NCBI GenBank assembly: GCA_046538155.1
Contig: JBKHJL010000019.1
Span: 1-21,011 of the forward strand
DNA length: 21,011 nt
Source of the DNA: Candidatus Micrarchaeia archaeon
Lineage (GTDB): Archaea; Micrarchaeota; Micrarchaeia; Anstonellales; Bilamarchaeaceae
Reading direction: 5' to 3'
Position 1 is the stretch's first letter. Every line of letters begins with the position of its first letter. The notes beneath the pieces were generated by a model. That model ran no database searches and was not told the origin of the DNA. It was given only the letters and a program-made list of their open reading frames with translations. Made by a program: the position numbers and the translations under genes. This document shows positions 7,538 through 15,883 of the stretch, piece by piece.

Positions 7538-8216
7538 ATTCATCCCTGTATTTCTGGAAGGCTGCATAAAGTTCATCAGTTACATGGACCTTTCCGTTGA
7601 TTTCCTTTTCTTTGAGGTATTCAAAGCAATCCGAGATTTTTGCAATTGAATAGACAGGGATTCCAGTCTTCTCTGTGAACGCAGTTACTGCACTACTTCG
7701 CTTTCCCTTTGGAAGATTGGCCAAAGCCGAAGGCGAACTTAAATCTGTTTCTTCCCGGTCTACTCCTATGACCAGGGACTTGACCTTTGCCCCCATAGAT
7801 TCCAGGAGCTCTACAGATTCATATTTTGTGCCTCCGGTTGTGAATACATCATCTATAACAATTACCTCTTCACCCTCATCAGGAAGCCTGCCTACAAATG
7901 CGCCCTTGTCCCCGTGTACCTTTACCTCCTTGCGATTGAAAAGCCAGCTATTCGGGAAACCGTGCTCTTCTGAAAGGGAAACAGAAGTTGCAACAGCGAG
8001 CGGGATTCCCTTATATGCAGGGCCGTAAATTATCGGGGCAGTTCCTGTTTCAAGGGTTTTCTCTGCAAAAAATCCGGCAAGATGGTAAATGCCGGAGCCG
8101 CTGCATACCACGCCCGTGTTTACAAAATAAGGAGATTTCCTTCCGCTTTTGAGAGTAAAATCTCCGAATCTGAGCGCATTTTCTTTCACAAGGAATTCAA
8201 TGAATTCCGGGTTCAT
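7527..8216 (-). CDS. pyrE: Orotate phosphoribosyltransferase
   Basis: FGDFTLKSGRKSPYF, GPAYKGIP, RKEVKVHG, PRPP motif VIVIDDVFTTGGT. Confidence 0.96.
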   Translation of the reverse strand: MNPEFIEFLVKENALRFGDFTLKSGRKSPYFVNTGVVCSGSGIYHLAGFFAEKTLETGTAPIIYGPAYKGIPLAVATSVSLSEEHGFPNSWLFNRKEVKVHGDKGAFVGRLPDEGEEVIVIDDVFTTGGTKYESVELLESMGAKVKSLVIGVDREETDLSSPSALANLPKGKRSSAVTAFTEKTGIPVYSIAKISDCFEYLKEKEINGKVHVTDELYAAFQKYRDEYGS

Positions 8217-8965
8217 TTTTTTCCCTCCCTTACTGCCTTTACGAATCTCTTCACTGCATCCGCTCCGCCGTCCTTCTCAAAAGAGGTCCCTACCTGCACA
8301 ATATCTGCACCTGCCTTTATTACGGACCTGGCCTCTTCCGGGGTGCGGATTCCGCCTGCAACAATATATGGTACATCAATTGCGGAAGAAACTGCAGTTA
8401 CCATCTCCAGGGGGATATGGCCCTCTTTTGGGTTGCTTCCCGCATCCGTGATTACAAGCCTGAAGCCCATGTACTGTGCGGCAAGGGCAGTTGCGGCTGC
8501 GAGCTTGGGCTTGTTGCGGGGGATTTTGTTTGCCTCCCCTACCCAGCCTACAGTCCCCCCGGGCTCAACAACCATGTAGCCTACAGGAAGGGGCTCAATA
8601 CCGTATTGCTTAATCATGGGGGCGGCAAGAGTCTGGGCACCGGTAATCCAGTAGGGATTGCGGGAATTGAGCAGGGACATGAAATACACTGCATCCCCGT
8701 ACTTGGAAACAGTCCCGATATTTCCCGGGAAAAATACTACTGGGATATCCACGCTTTCCTTTACCTGCTTTGTCACCTGGTCAAGCATTTCGCCCTGCAC
8801 CCCTGTGCTTCCACCTATGAGGAGGACATCTGCACCCCCTTCATCCATGTTCTTTGCGGTTTTTATTGCATCCTTAAGCGAAGGGTAGTCCAGGGGGTCC
8901 AGGACCGAGAAGAGCAGTGCCTTGTGCTCTTCAAGCTTTTCGTGAATATAATTTTCCACTTTCAT
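8213..8965 (-). CDS. Geranylgeranylglyceryl phosphate synthase family (group II-like)
   Basis: LDP, IGGS, FPG, SLLNSRNPYWI, GYMVVEPG, AGS, GGGIR. GGAGGT SD upstream; TTATAAA (minus) at 8999-9005. Confidence 0.92.
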   Translation of the reverse strand: MKVENYIHEKLEEHKALLFSVLDPLDYPSLKDAIKTAKNMDEGGADVLLIGGSTGVQGEMLDQVTKQVKESVDIPVVFFPGNIGTVSKYGDAVYFMSLLNSRNPYWITGAQTLAAPMIKQYGIEPLPVGYMVVEPGGTVGWVGEANKIPRNKPKLAAATALAAQYMGFRLVITDAGSNPKEGHIPLEMVTAVSSAIDVPYIVAGGIRTPEEARSVIKAGADIVQVGTSFEKDGGADAVKRFVKAVREGKK

Positions 8966-9005
8966 GGTAAACCTCCCTCTAAATTAGCGTAAATTGGATT
9001 TATAA

Positions 9006-9896
9006 CTATTTGTTTTGGGTTTTTCTTCCCAAATATTCGGAAACCATCTCCTCAATTCCCCGTTTTATGGGGCGGGGGGAAAAGCCGAGCTCCCGCTGGG
9101 CTTTTGAATAATCGAAAACCCGGTCTGCAGAAAGAATGGAGATGTGCTCGCGGGTGAGCTTTGGGTTGCCCCTGAGCTCCTGGAAACGGGCAAGGAGCAT
9201 TCCTGCCAATACCGGAAGTGAAGATGCTGGAGGGCGCACTCCGAGCGCATGGGCAGCATATGTGTAAACCTGGCGCTGGGTTGCAGGGGGCCCTGCAAGA
9301 ACGTAGGTTCCGGTTTTCCTGAAAGCTGTGGGAAAAACAGCTGCGCAATCCTCTGCGTGAATAAAGGAGATATGATTGGAGCCGTCCCCGAAAATCTTCA
9401 TTTTTCCTTTTTCAATCATCCGGAGCACATTGAAATAATCTTCAAACTGGGGACCGTAGAGGGTTCCGATGCGGAGTATTGTGTGCTTTTTCTTATGTTT
9501 TACCAGTTGTTCTGCTTCCAGCTTGGTGCGGGCGTAATCTGAATCCGGGTTTATGGGGGTTTCTTCAGTTGCAGGGAGCTCTGCGAGCTCCTTTCCATAC
9601 ACTGAAATTGAGCTTGCAAAAATTATGTGGCAATTCTCAGGGGAAGCTTTTACTAGGGTGCGGGTGAGCCCCACATTGGCCTGCTCAAGGGCATTCCTGT
9701 CCCATGTCTTCACTGAGCCTGCCAGATGGATCAGGTGGGTTGCATCCTTAATGATTTTTTTGAGGGAATTCTCGGAAAAATCTGTAATGGTTTCTCTGGG
9801 GAGACCTGAAGCCCGCCTTACCAGTGGAACTGCATCAACATGCTGCGATACTGACTGGCCGAGGCGGCCCGTGGCTCCGGTGATGTATGCTTTCAC
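9006..9896 (-). CDS. NAD-dependent epimerase/dehydratase (extended SDR)
   Basis: ITGATGRLG, HLAG, ASSISVYG, YARTK (YxxxK), LYGP; GTG start. Confidence 0.9.
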   Translation of the reverse strand: MKAYITGATGRLGQSVSQHVDAVPLVRRASGLPRETITDFSENSLKKIIKDATHLIHLAGSVKTWDRNALEQANVGLTRTLVKASPENCHIIFASSISVYGKELAELPATEETPINPDSDYARTKLEAEQLVKHKKKHTILRIGTLYGPQFEDYFNVLRMIEKGKMKIFGDGSNHISFIHAEDCAAVFPTAFRKTGTYVLAGPPATQRQVYTYAAHALGVRPPASSLPVLAGMLLARFQELRGNPKLTREHISILSADRVFDYSKAQRELGFSPRPIKRGIEEMVSEYLGRKTQNK

Positions 9897-9919
9897 GGGT
9901 GGATATGGATGGGAAAAGC

Positions 9920-9927
9920 TATATAAA
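9920..9927. promoter_or_regulatory. Shared TATA box of the divergent SDR / RSH pair
   Basis: TATATAAA about 24-25 nt from both starts (9896 and 9952), with purine-rich GGGAAAAG upstream on the plus strand. Confidence 0.55.
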
Positions 9928-9951
9928 CTATTTTACACGTAATTATAATTT

Positions 9952-11781
9952 ATGCCACCCCGAAGGAAACAGATGAAGAGGCCATCCCGCCCCCCAAAAT
10001 CATTAGTGAAACAACAGGAGAAGGCATTTGGAAGGCTGATGAAGGCTTACCGCAATGCATTGGACAACGTTGGGAGCGAAGAAAAGGAAAAAATAGAATC
10101 TATGATGGGGGAGATGCGCGGCCTGTTTGAACCTGGGGAATACGGCCCAAGAGGGATAAGAGAGGGGATGGCTGCATGCGCCCTTTCTGCAATGGTGTGC
10201 ATGGGGAAAGAAGGGGCAGGAAAATTCCTGGAAGAACTGGATGGAAGAATAAGAAGGCTGTTCGGGGATGATGAAATCAGAAAGGCACTGATTTATGCCC
10301 GATTCGGGGAAGAGGGAGCAGACGCAAGGCAGCACACTATCCTGGGATACAGAGAAAGGGCAAAATCCCTGTGGGAAAAATACCAGGTGATTGAGGAACT
10401 GGACAAACTCAGGGCAGGAGAAGGAGAAAAAGAATTTGGGGTGCTATATGCTGAGCCCCTGCAGGATGGGGAGTTCCCTGTGCCTGTCCTGGTTGCCCGG
10501 CAGATGTATGTTAAATATTTTGAAATACGAAAAAACCTGGGAAAGGGGGAAATGCTGGAAACAGCAAATGCCCTGGAGATGGTCCACTACCCAATTGCAG
10601 AAACGCTGGGAATGACTGCGGAAACAATCGGGGCAATAGGGAGAGTGGCAACTGAAACCATACTGGAACTGGGGAGATCTAGGGATATAGAAAAAGAAAG
10701 GGAGCTGTATAGGGAATGCCAGCAATACAGGGCAGACATTCTTCCATTTGCAAAAAAAGCCCAGAAGATGCTCCTTGGCACCAGGAAGAGTATGCGGAGG
10801 CCGCTCAGGAGAACTGAAAAAAAATATTCCTGGAAACTAAGCCTTGAGTCCCAGACAGTTGACCCTGAAGAATGCTCAAGGATAAAATCCACATCCAGGA
10901 TGTTCCAAAAAATAAAGGAAAGGAGAAAATCTGGAGAGGTAAAGTTTGGCCTGGAACACATAACTGACACTCTTGGGATAACTGTGGTTATGGATAAAAC
11001 AGAAAAAAACCCCAGAGAGCCACAAAGCACAGATGCTTTTGTTGTGGCAAGCGCTCTGGCAACAGAACTGGGGAAAACTTATGGGGGGAGAATAAGGCTT
11101 GAAGAGATTAAATACGGTAAAAGGAGAACAGGATACAGGGCGCCCCACCTCAAAATTAAAATGCTGGTTGAGGAAAACGGAGAAGAACGGGAAGTCCCTG
11201 TAGAAATACAGGTAAGGACAAGAGAGCTTCAGGAAGAATGCACGAAAGGGAGGCTTTCCCGGGGGAAAAAGGTAGGAAGCGTTGTTACTGATGCGCTTGT
11301 AGAGGCAATGTCAAGAAAGATAGAAGACCTTGCGAACAACGTGGAGGCATCAATAACAAGAAACAGCTGGACTGGTTTTGAGGAAGGCAGCAGGAAGGAG
11401 AGGGTAGTGACGGTTGACGTTGCGGACAGGGGGAGAAAGGGGCGGGCTATGCCAAAAAAACAGGCAGTGATAACCAGGCCTGGCGAATGTGTTGCAGGAG
11501 TTATTGCTCTCCTGGAATACAAAAAAAACGGCGATTCTCATTTTATTGGATTTGAAGAATACGCGACAGCAAAAGACAAGAATGGAACCCCGCTTGCAAT
11601 ATTTGACCAAGCCCCCTCTCACCTGTCTGTGGAGCTGGGGGGAAAAGAAAGCACCGGAATCAACCGGCCCACATGCACCGCTCTTATCGGAAAAATCACC
11701 ACCCCCAAAGCCCTTGATATGCTGAGGAAAAGAATCAAGCACCTTAAAACAGCGGAAAGAAAAAACAGGAGAAAAAGGTAG
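9952..11781 (+). CDS. Divergent long RelA/SpoT homologue: degenerate HD region, synthetase domain, TGS/helical-like C-terminus
   Basis: RIKS(310), DTLGIT(339), GYRAPH(394) and EIQVRT(418) match the Syn1-4 order. HYPIAETLG resembles Rel YAPLAxRLG. ITTPKALDMLR resembles Rel VxTxKAxxKIR. Confidence 0.8.
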   Translation: MPPRRKQMKRPSRPPKSLVKQQEKAFGRLMKAYRNALDNVGSEEKEKIESMMGEMRGLFEPGEYGPRGIREGMAACALSAMVCMGKEGAGKFLEELDGRIRRLFGDDEIRKALIYARFGEEGADARQHTILGYRERAKSLWEKYQVIEELDKLRAGEGEKEFGVLYAEPLQDGEFPVPVLVARQMYVKYFEIRKNLGKGEMLETANALEMVHYPIAETLGMTAETIGAIGRVATETILELGRSRDIEKERELYRECQQYRADILPFAKKAQKMLLGTRKSMRRPLRRTEKKYSWKLSLESQTVDPEECSRIKSTSRMFQKIKERRKSGEVKFGLEHITDTLGITVVMDKTEKNPREPQSTDAFVVASALATELGKTYGGRIRLEEIKYGKRRTGYRAPHLKIKMLVEENGEEREVPVEIQVRTRELQEECTKGRLSRGKKVGSVVTDALVEAMSRKIEDLANNVEASITRNSWTGFEEGSRKERVVTVDVADRGRKGRAMPKKQAVITRPGECVAGVIALLEYKKNGDSHFIGFEEYATAKDKNGTPLAIFDQAPSHLSVELGGKESTGINRPTCTALIGKITTPKALDMLRKRIKHLKTAERKNRRKR

Positions 11782-12906
11782 CTATTTCCTGAATACCACT
11801 GCGCTTTCCCTGACTTTTAGTTTTGATGGCTTTACATCCGCAGTCCTTTCCACCCAGAGGGGGATTTCATATTCAAAACCTATTCTTTTTCCGATTTCAC
11901 CCAGTATCCTATCAACTTCTATATGCTCGCCCTGGAGAACCGAATTACCCACGACCAGGGCACCACCCCTCTCTGTGCTTTTGCATAAGTTGAAGAGGAC
12001 TTTTTCCATGTCTGAGAAATACTCTCCTACAACCGGGATTCTGTGCGCAATTTCCCCTGCTTCTTCAGGAGGTTCGGATTTTCCTGTATCCCTTGTGATA
12101 AAAGAGCGCAGGGCTTCCCTGCGCATTCTGAGAGAAGCATTCTTTTCCATGGAGAGCAGGGAAAGCTCCAGGCCATAAACTTTTGAGTAATCTATATTGT
12201 TGAGGTATGGGGGAGAAGTGATGAATACATCGTGGAGAGGTGGAGAAAAGCTGCAGGCATCTGCAAGAAGAGTTTCCGGCTCCGGGCCGGAGATGGGGCT
12301 GGTCTCTATATCGCTCAGCATCTGCTTTACTTTTTTCTTGAAAGCATTCTTTGCGGGAATGGCGCTTTTAGATTTTTCAGGGCGCAGGACCCCACCATCC
12401 TTTATGAAAAATCCGGCCTGGGGAAGAATGGACAAAAGAGCGAGAAGAAACAGGGAGCCCACCTTTTCGTTTTCCAGGTTTTCTATCCTTTCCCGGATGA
12501 AGCAGATATCGTTGTAATTGCGCTTTGAGAAGAACTTGCGGGGAGAGAACAGCTCGAAATCCCATTTGAAAGAAGGCTCCTCTCTTTCCTTGAACAGTGA
12601 TTTGAGTTCCCTGGCTGCTTCTTCCGCATCCTCTTCTGAATACTCTGCGCACTTGGTGCGGGAAACAAAAACAGCAAGTGGGGAGATGTCTATTGCAGTG
12701 CTTTTTACTCCTAAGGCTTTGCAGGAAAGCGGAGTTGTCCCTATTCCGGAAAACGGGTCAAACACAGGACCGGAGGAAGAAAAATATTCAAGGAAATAAT
12801 CAACAACCGGAGGGGAAAAGGCCTCCTTGTAGTAAAACCAGCGGTGGAAAGGAAGGGACTTGGAAGCCTCAAAAGTGAAAAAAGTGCCGGGATCTCTTCT
12901 CACCAT
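11782..12906 (-). CDS. Amino (probably N4-cytosine) DNA methyltransferase, orphan
   Basis: Motif I VFDPFSGIGT precedes motif IV ITSPPY; HRWFYYKEAFS N-terminal motif; LVVGNS. Confidence 0.85.
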   Translation of the reverse strand: MVRRDPGTFFTFEASKSLPFHRWFYYKEAFSPPVVDYFLEYFSSSGPVFDPFSGIGTTPLSCKALGVKSTAIDISPLAVFVSRTKCAEYSEEDAEEAARELKSLFKEREEPSFKWDFELFSPRKFFSKRNYNDICFIRERIENLENEKVGSLFLLALLSILPQAGFFIKDGGVLRPEKSKSAIPAKNAFKKKVKQMLSDIETSPISGPEPETLLADACSFSPPLHDVFITSPPYLNNIDYSKVYGLELSLLSMEKNASLRMRREALRSFITRDTGKSEPPEEAGEIAHRIPVVGEYFSDMEKVLFNLCKSTERGGALVVGNSVLQGEHIEVDRILGEIGKRIGFEYEIPLWVERTADVKPSKLKVRESAVVFRK

Positions 12907-12907
12907 T

Positions 12908-13288
12908 TCACCCTATTGCATCTTTTGCAAGCTTGTCTGCAAGTTTGTTCTTGTCCCTCTCAATCCAGGTGTACCTTACATCCAATCCCTCGGAAAGCTC
13001 CTCTATCTCTGCTTTGAGCTCCCGGAGGTGGGGCTTTTTAATGCGGAACTTTCCGCTGAGCTGCCGCACTACCAGGCGGCTGTCCGTGCGAATCTCCACT
13101 GCCTCCGCGCCAAGAGTAACTGCTTCCTCAAGGCCCCTCCTGACTGCAAGATACTCTGCAACATTATTAGTCCCCTCCCCGTGGTTCTCGCTTACCTCCA
13201 TGAGAATTTCGCCTCCCTTGTAAATAACCGCACCTATCCCCATAGGACCGGGATTGCCTGAACATGCTCCATCTGTATAAACTATCAT
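12908..13288 (-). CDS. rnhA: Ribonuclease HI family protein
   Basis: YTDGACSGNPG, TNNVAEY, TDSRLV, WIER, NKLADKLA (D-E-D-D active site). Confidence 0.95.
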   Translation of the reverse strand: MIVYTDGACSGNPGPMGIGAVIYKGGEILMEVSENHGEGTNNVAEYLAVRRGLEEAVTLGAEAVEIRTDSRLVVRQLSGKFRIKKPHLRELKAEIEELSEGLDVRYTWIERDKNKLADKLAKDAIG

Positions 13289-13342
13289 TTTGCGTGCACC
13301 TGCAATTGTTTTTTATTTGTTTGTTTATAACTGTTTCTGCAT

Positions 13343-13801
13343 ATGGTTGAAACTGAATTCGTCGTGCGGCGTTCCGGAAGAAGAGAATACTTCTCAGCTT
13401 TTATTGCCGCAGTAGTGCTCAGTTTTCTCCTTTTCAGCCTGAACAACTGGATGGAACTTCCGCTTCAGGTGCTCCTGTTCCTTGTATGGGTGCTTGCGGG
13501 GATTTTCGGGATAATCTCATTCATTAAAGCAAAAATCCAGTACATAGACATAGACGATGAGGGAATTACCCTGCACAAAGGGCTCTTCAACAAGAAAACT
13601 GTTTATGTGCCCTATGAAAGAATAACCCACATAAACATGGACCACGACCTGCTTGACCGGCTTTTCATGCTTGGGACACTGAAGGTGGATACTGCAGGCA
13701 CAACAAAAACAGAAATTGTCATGAGCAGCATACCCAATAAATACCTGGAAAAGATGTCTGGGTGCATATCCGGTTATATCAAAAGAAAGAGGGATGAATA
13801 A
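13343..13801 (+). CDS. Membrane protein with bacterial PH (bPH_2/YdbS-like) domain
   Basis: Two N-terminal hydrophobic helices, then KGLFNKK..VPYERI and LLDRLFMLGTLKVDTAG. Confidence 0.85.
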   Translation: MVETEFVVRRSGRREYFSAFIAAVVLSFLLFSLNNWMELPLQVLLFLVWVLAGIFGIISFIKAKIQYIDIDDEGITLHKGLFNKKTVYVPYERITHINMDHDLLDRLFMLGTLKVDTAGTTKTEIVMSSIPNKYLEKMSGCISGYIKRKRDE

Positions 13802-14280
13802 TGGGGAGGATAGAACAGGGCAGGTACATGGAAAACAATCCAGAAATGGTTGAAAAACTGGGGCTGCTTGGTGCAGGGAAAGAAGAGAGGGGGGTGCTGG
13901 AAATGCCCCTTATTGAAGCTGCCTATTTCCAGGAAAAAGGGAAAATAGAAAGCGGAAAAACCAGCAGGGAGATTATTGAGATTGCCATGGAGAGGGATAC
14001 CCTGGCAAAGGAAAAATTCCTTGTTTTGAAGAAGCTCAGGGAATCGGGCAGAATCGTGAGGTTCGGGCCAGGGGAATACCTGAGGATTTACAAAAAGGGA
14101 ATAAGGATTGGGCAGGACCGAACAGAATTCCTGCTCAGAGTGCACAGGACAGATAAAAAACCTTCCCTGCTCGAAGATTTGCGGGCTGCAGGGAAAATGA
14201 GGAAGGCCCTGTTTTATGCATTTGTAGACCCAGAAGGAGAAATACATTTTGTAAAAGCTTACCGGGCAGGACTTGAATAA
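13801..14280 (+). CDS. Single-unit tRNA-intron endonuclease-like protein, probably non-catalytic or divergent
   Basis: LIEAAYF, LKKLRESGRIVR, LRIYKKG, RKALFYAFVD..GEIHF follow the EndA unit pattern. The GxKFG motif and catalytic His are absent. TAATG coupling to the upstream gene. Confidence 0.78.
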   Translation: MGRIEQGRYMENNPEMVEKLGLLGAGKEERGVLEMPLIEAAYFQEKGKIESGKTSREIIEIAMERDTLAKEKFLVLKKLRESGRIVRFGPGEYLRIYKKGIRIGQDRTEFLLRVHRTDKKPSLLEDLRAAGKMRKALFYAFVDPEGEIHFVKAYRAGLE

Positions 14281-14287
14281 ATGCGGC

Positions 14288-14671
14288 TCACTTCTTTTTT
14301 TTAGAAATATAGCGGAAATAAAGCTCATCAACAAAACGGTCGTCTATTTTTCTTCCCCGGTTTTTGTGAGGGACCAGACCTCCTGTGAATTTTTTCGGGA
14401 TGTGAAGGAGCTCGTGGATAAGGATTTTCTTTTTTTCCTCCTCGGGAAGATGGTCATACTCCTCGCTTACCACTTCTATTATGTAAAAAGGGTTGATTTC
14501 CAGGGCATTCCTCCATATCGCAGGGAGCGACCATATGCGGGCATACGCATTTACCTTTGCACCCCGGCTCCTCATGCAGATAATTCTGGAATTTATCACA
14601 TGCTCAAGCTGGAGCTGCTCCAGTAATTCCTCAAGCACGAACTGCACGTCGGGGGCACGCTCTGATTCCAT
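14288..14671 (-). CDS. Small HExxH zinc metallopeptidase-like protein (putative phage metallopeptidase-like), 127 aa
   Basis: AYARIW, YIIEVVSE, ILIHELLHIP, GGLVPH. ATG 14671 is preferred to avoid overlap with endA. Confidence 0.8.
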   Translation of the reverse strand: MESERAPDVQFVLEELLEQLQLEHVINSRIICMRSRGAKVNAYARIWSLPAIWRNALEINPFYIIEVVSEEYDHLPEEEKKKILIHELLHIPKKFTGGLVPHKNRGRKIDDRFVDELYFRYISKKKK

Positions 14672-14693
14672 GGAGGTATTTGGGCGGGAATAA

Positions 14694-14699
14694 TTTAAA
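14694..14699. promoter_or_regulatory. Palindromic TATA box centred between divergent genes
   Basis: TTTAAA has 22 intervening nt to each of ATG 14671 (minus) and ATG 14722 (plus). Confidence 0.6.
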
Positions 14700-14721
14700 C
14701 TCTTGCAGGTAAACAACAGGT

Positions 14722-15867
14722 ATGGAACTTTCTTGGGACGGAAAACAGGTTGTTGCAGGAGATGCACAAACAATTACGGCACTCGTAAAAGGGCAATATG
14801 GGGAAAAAAGAAAGGAGGGAATAGTGCTTGAGCCGGAGGAGGCCCTTTACCTGATTGATGTGAGGGGAGCAGAATGCACTGATTCCAGGGGGAAAGTGTT
14901 GGGCTTCAATGAACTGGCAGGGAAATTTTCCGGGAAAAAGCTCCTTGCGCGTTACTTAACTTACAAAGACTGGAGGGACAGAGGGCTGTTCATAAAATCG
15001 GAAAGCGGGGAGAAAGGAAACAAAAGAAAAACTTCCTTACAAAGATACAGAAGGGAGGCGATAGAGCTGAAAATGGAAAAGACCAGGGGGATGTTTTTTC
15101 TTGACGACCTTGTCTGTACCCTTGATGACCAAGAGGCAGGAGAAAAACTCTACCGGGAATACTGGCTGGGGCAGATGGGGACCTACAAGGCTGCACACAG
15201 AGGAAGCATCTCAAAACTGGACGTATTTGAAACCCTCCTGCTGATGGAAAAGAAAAAACTCATTCTGGAAAACTGCAATGCAGATGAGATAAAGGAGGTG
15301 GCCTGCAGGAGAATTGAGTATTTTGAAGACCTGAACAATGTTTACCGGGAATGGAGGGACGCGGGCTACATTGTGAAAACAGGATTTAAATTTGGTACAC
15401 ATTTCAGGATTTACCTGCCCGGTGCAAGCCCGGGAAAGGGGCGCGAATGGACACACTCAAAGCACGTGCTGCATGTATTTCCGCGGAAAAGCTCACTGCT
15501 TATTTCGGAATGGGCGCGTGCAATAAGAGTTGCCCACTCAGTGAAGAAAACATTCATACTTGCAATACCCGGAAGGGGGAAAATAGAAAGAGGGCATGTG
15601 GACTTTGCCCTCTACCACAGGAAAGGGCAGGATGTGGAATCCCCAAAAACAGGGAATCCCTCCTTCCTGATGCTTTCACTTTCCGAGGATGAGTATCTTG
15701 GTGGAGAAGAGCTTGCTGCTTCAATCAAAACCTGCTCAGAGAGGGGATTGGACCTGCTTGTTGCAATTGCGGACAGGGAAAGCTCTGTAACATATTATCT
15801 GATTAAAAGGATTGAACTGCCTGGGAGCAAATACGAGTATTACGAGATAGAATGGATGCAACCTTGA
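14722..15867 (+). CDS. endA: tRNA splicing endonuclease, three-unit epsilon2 (ARMAN/Micrarchaeota) type
   Basis: 381 aa. N-terminal partial unit (EEALYL, YKDWRDRGL), full catalytic unit (KTGFKFGTHFRIY; triad Y231/H245/K276), ARMAN-loop-like GTYK (K156), C-terminal beta unit (AIADRESSVTYY). Confidence 0.92.
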   Translation: MELSWDGKQVVAGDAQTITALVKGQYGEKRKEGIVLEPEEALYLIDVRGAECTDSRGKVLGFNELAGKFSGKKLLARYLTYKDWRDRGLFIKSESGEKGNKRKTSLQRYRREAIELKMEKTRGMFFLDDLVCTLDDQEAGEKLYREYWLGQMGTYKAAHRGSISKLDVFETLLLMEKKKLILENCNADEIKEVACRRIEYFEDLNNVYREWRDAGYIVKTGFKFGTHFRIYLPGASPGKGREWTHSKHVLHVFPRKSSLLISEWARAIRVAHSVKKTFILAIPGRGKIERGHVDFALYHRKGQDVESPKTGNPSFLMLSLSEDEYLGGEELAASIKTCSERGLDLLVAIADRESSVTYYLIKRIELPGSKYEYYEIEWMQP

Positions 15868-15883
15868 AATTTTTTACAAATTT

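Noticed and set aside
9941..9950. AATTATAATT palindrome before the RSH start
   Set aside because: A/T-only palindrome in an AT-rich promoter with no second copy seen; too weak to call an operator.
14672..14773. N-terminal extensions in the ORF track (also 5954-6007, 7544-7576, 20719-20829)
   Set aside because: They overlap neighbouring genes or promoters; downstream ATGs fit the family starts and TATA spacing better.
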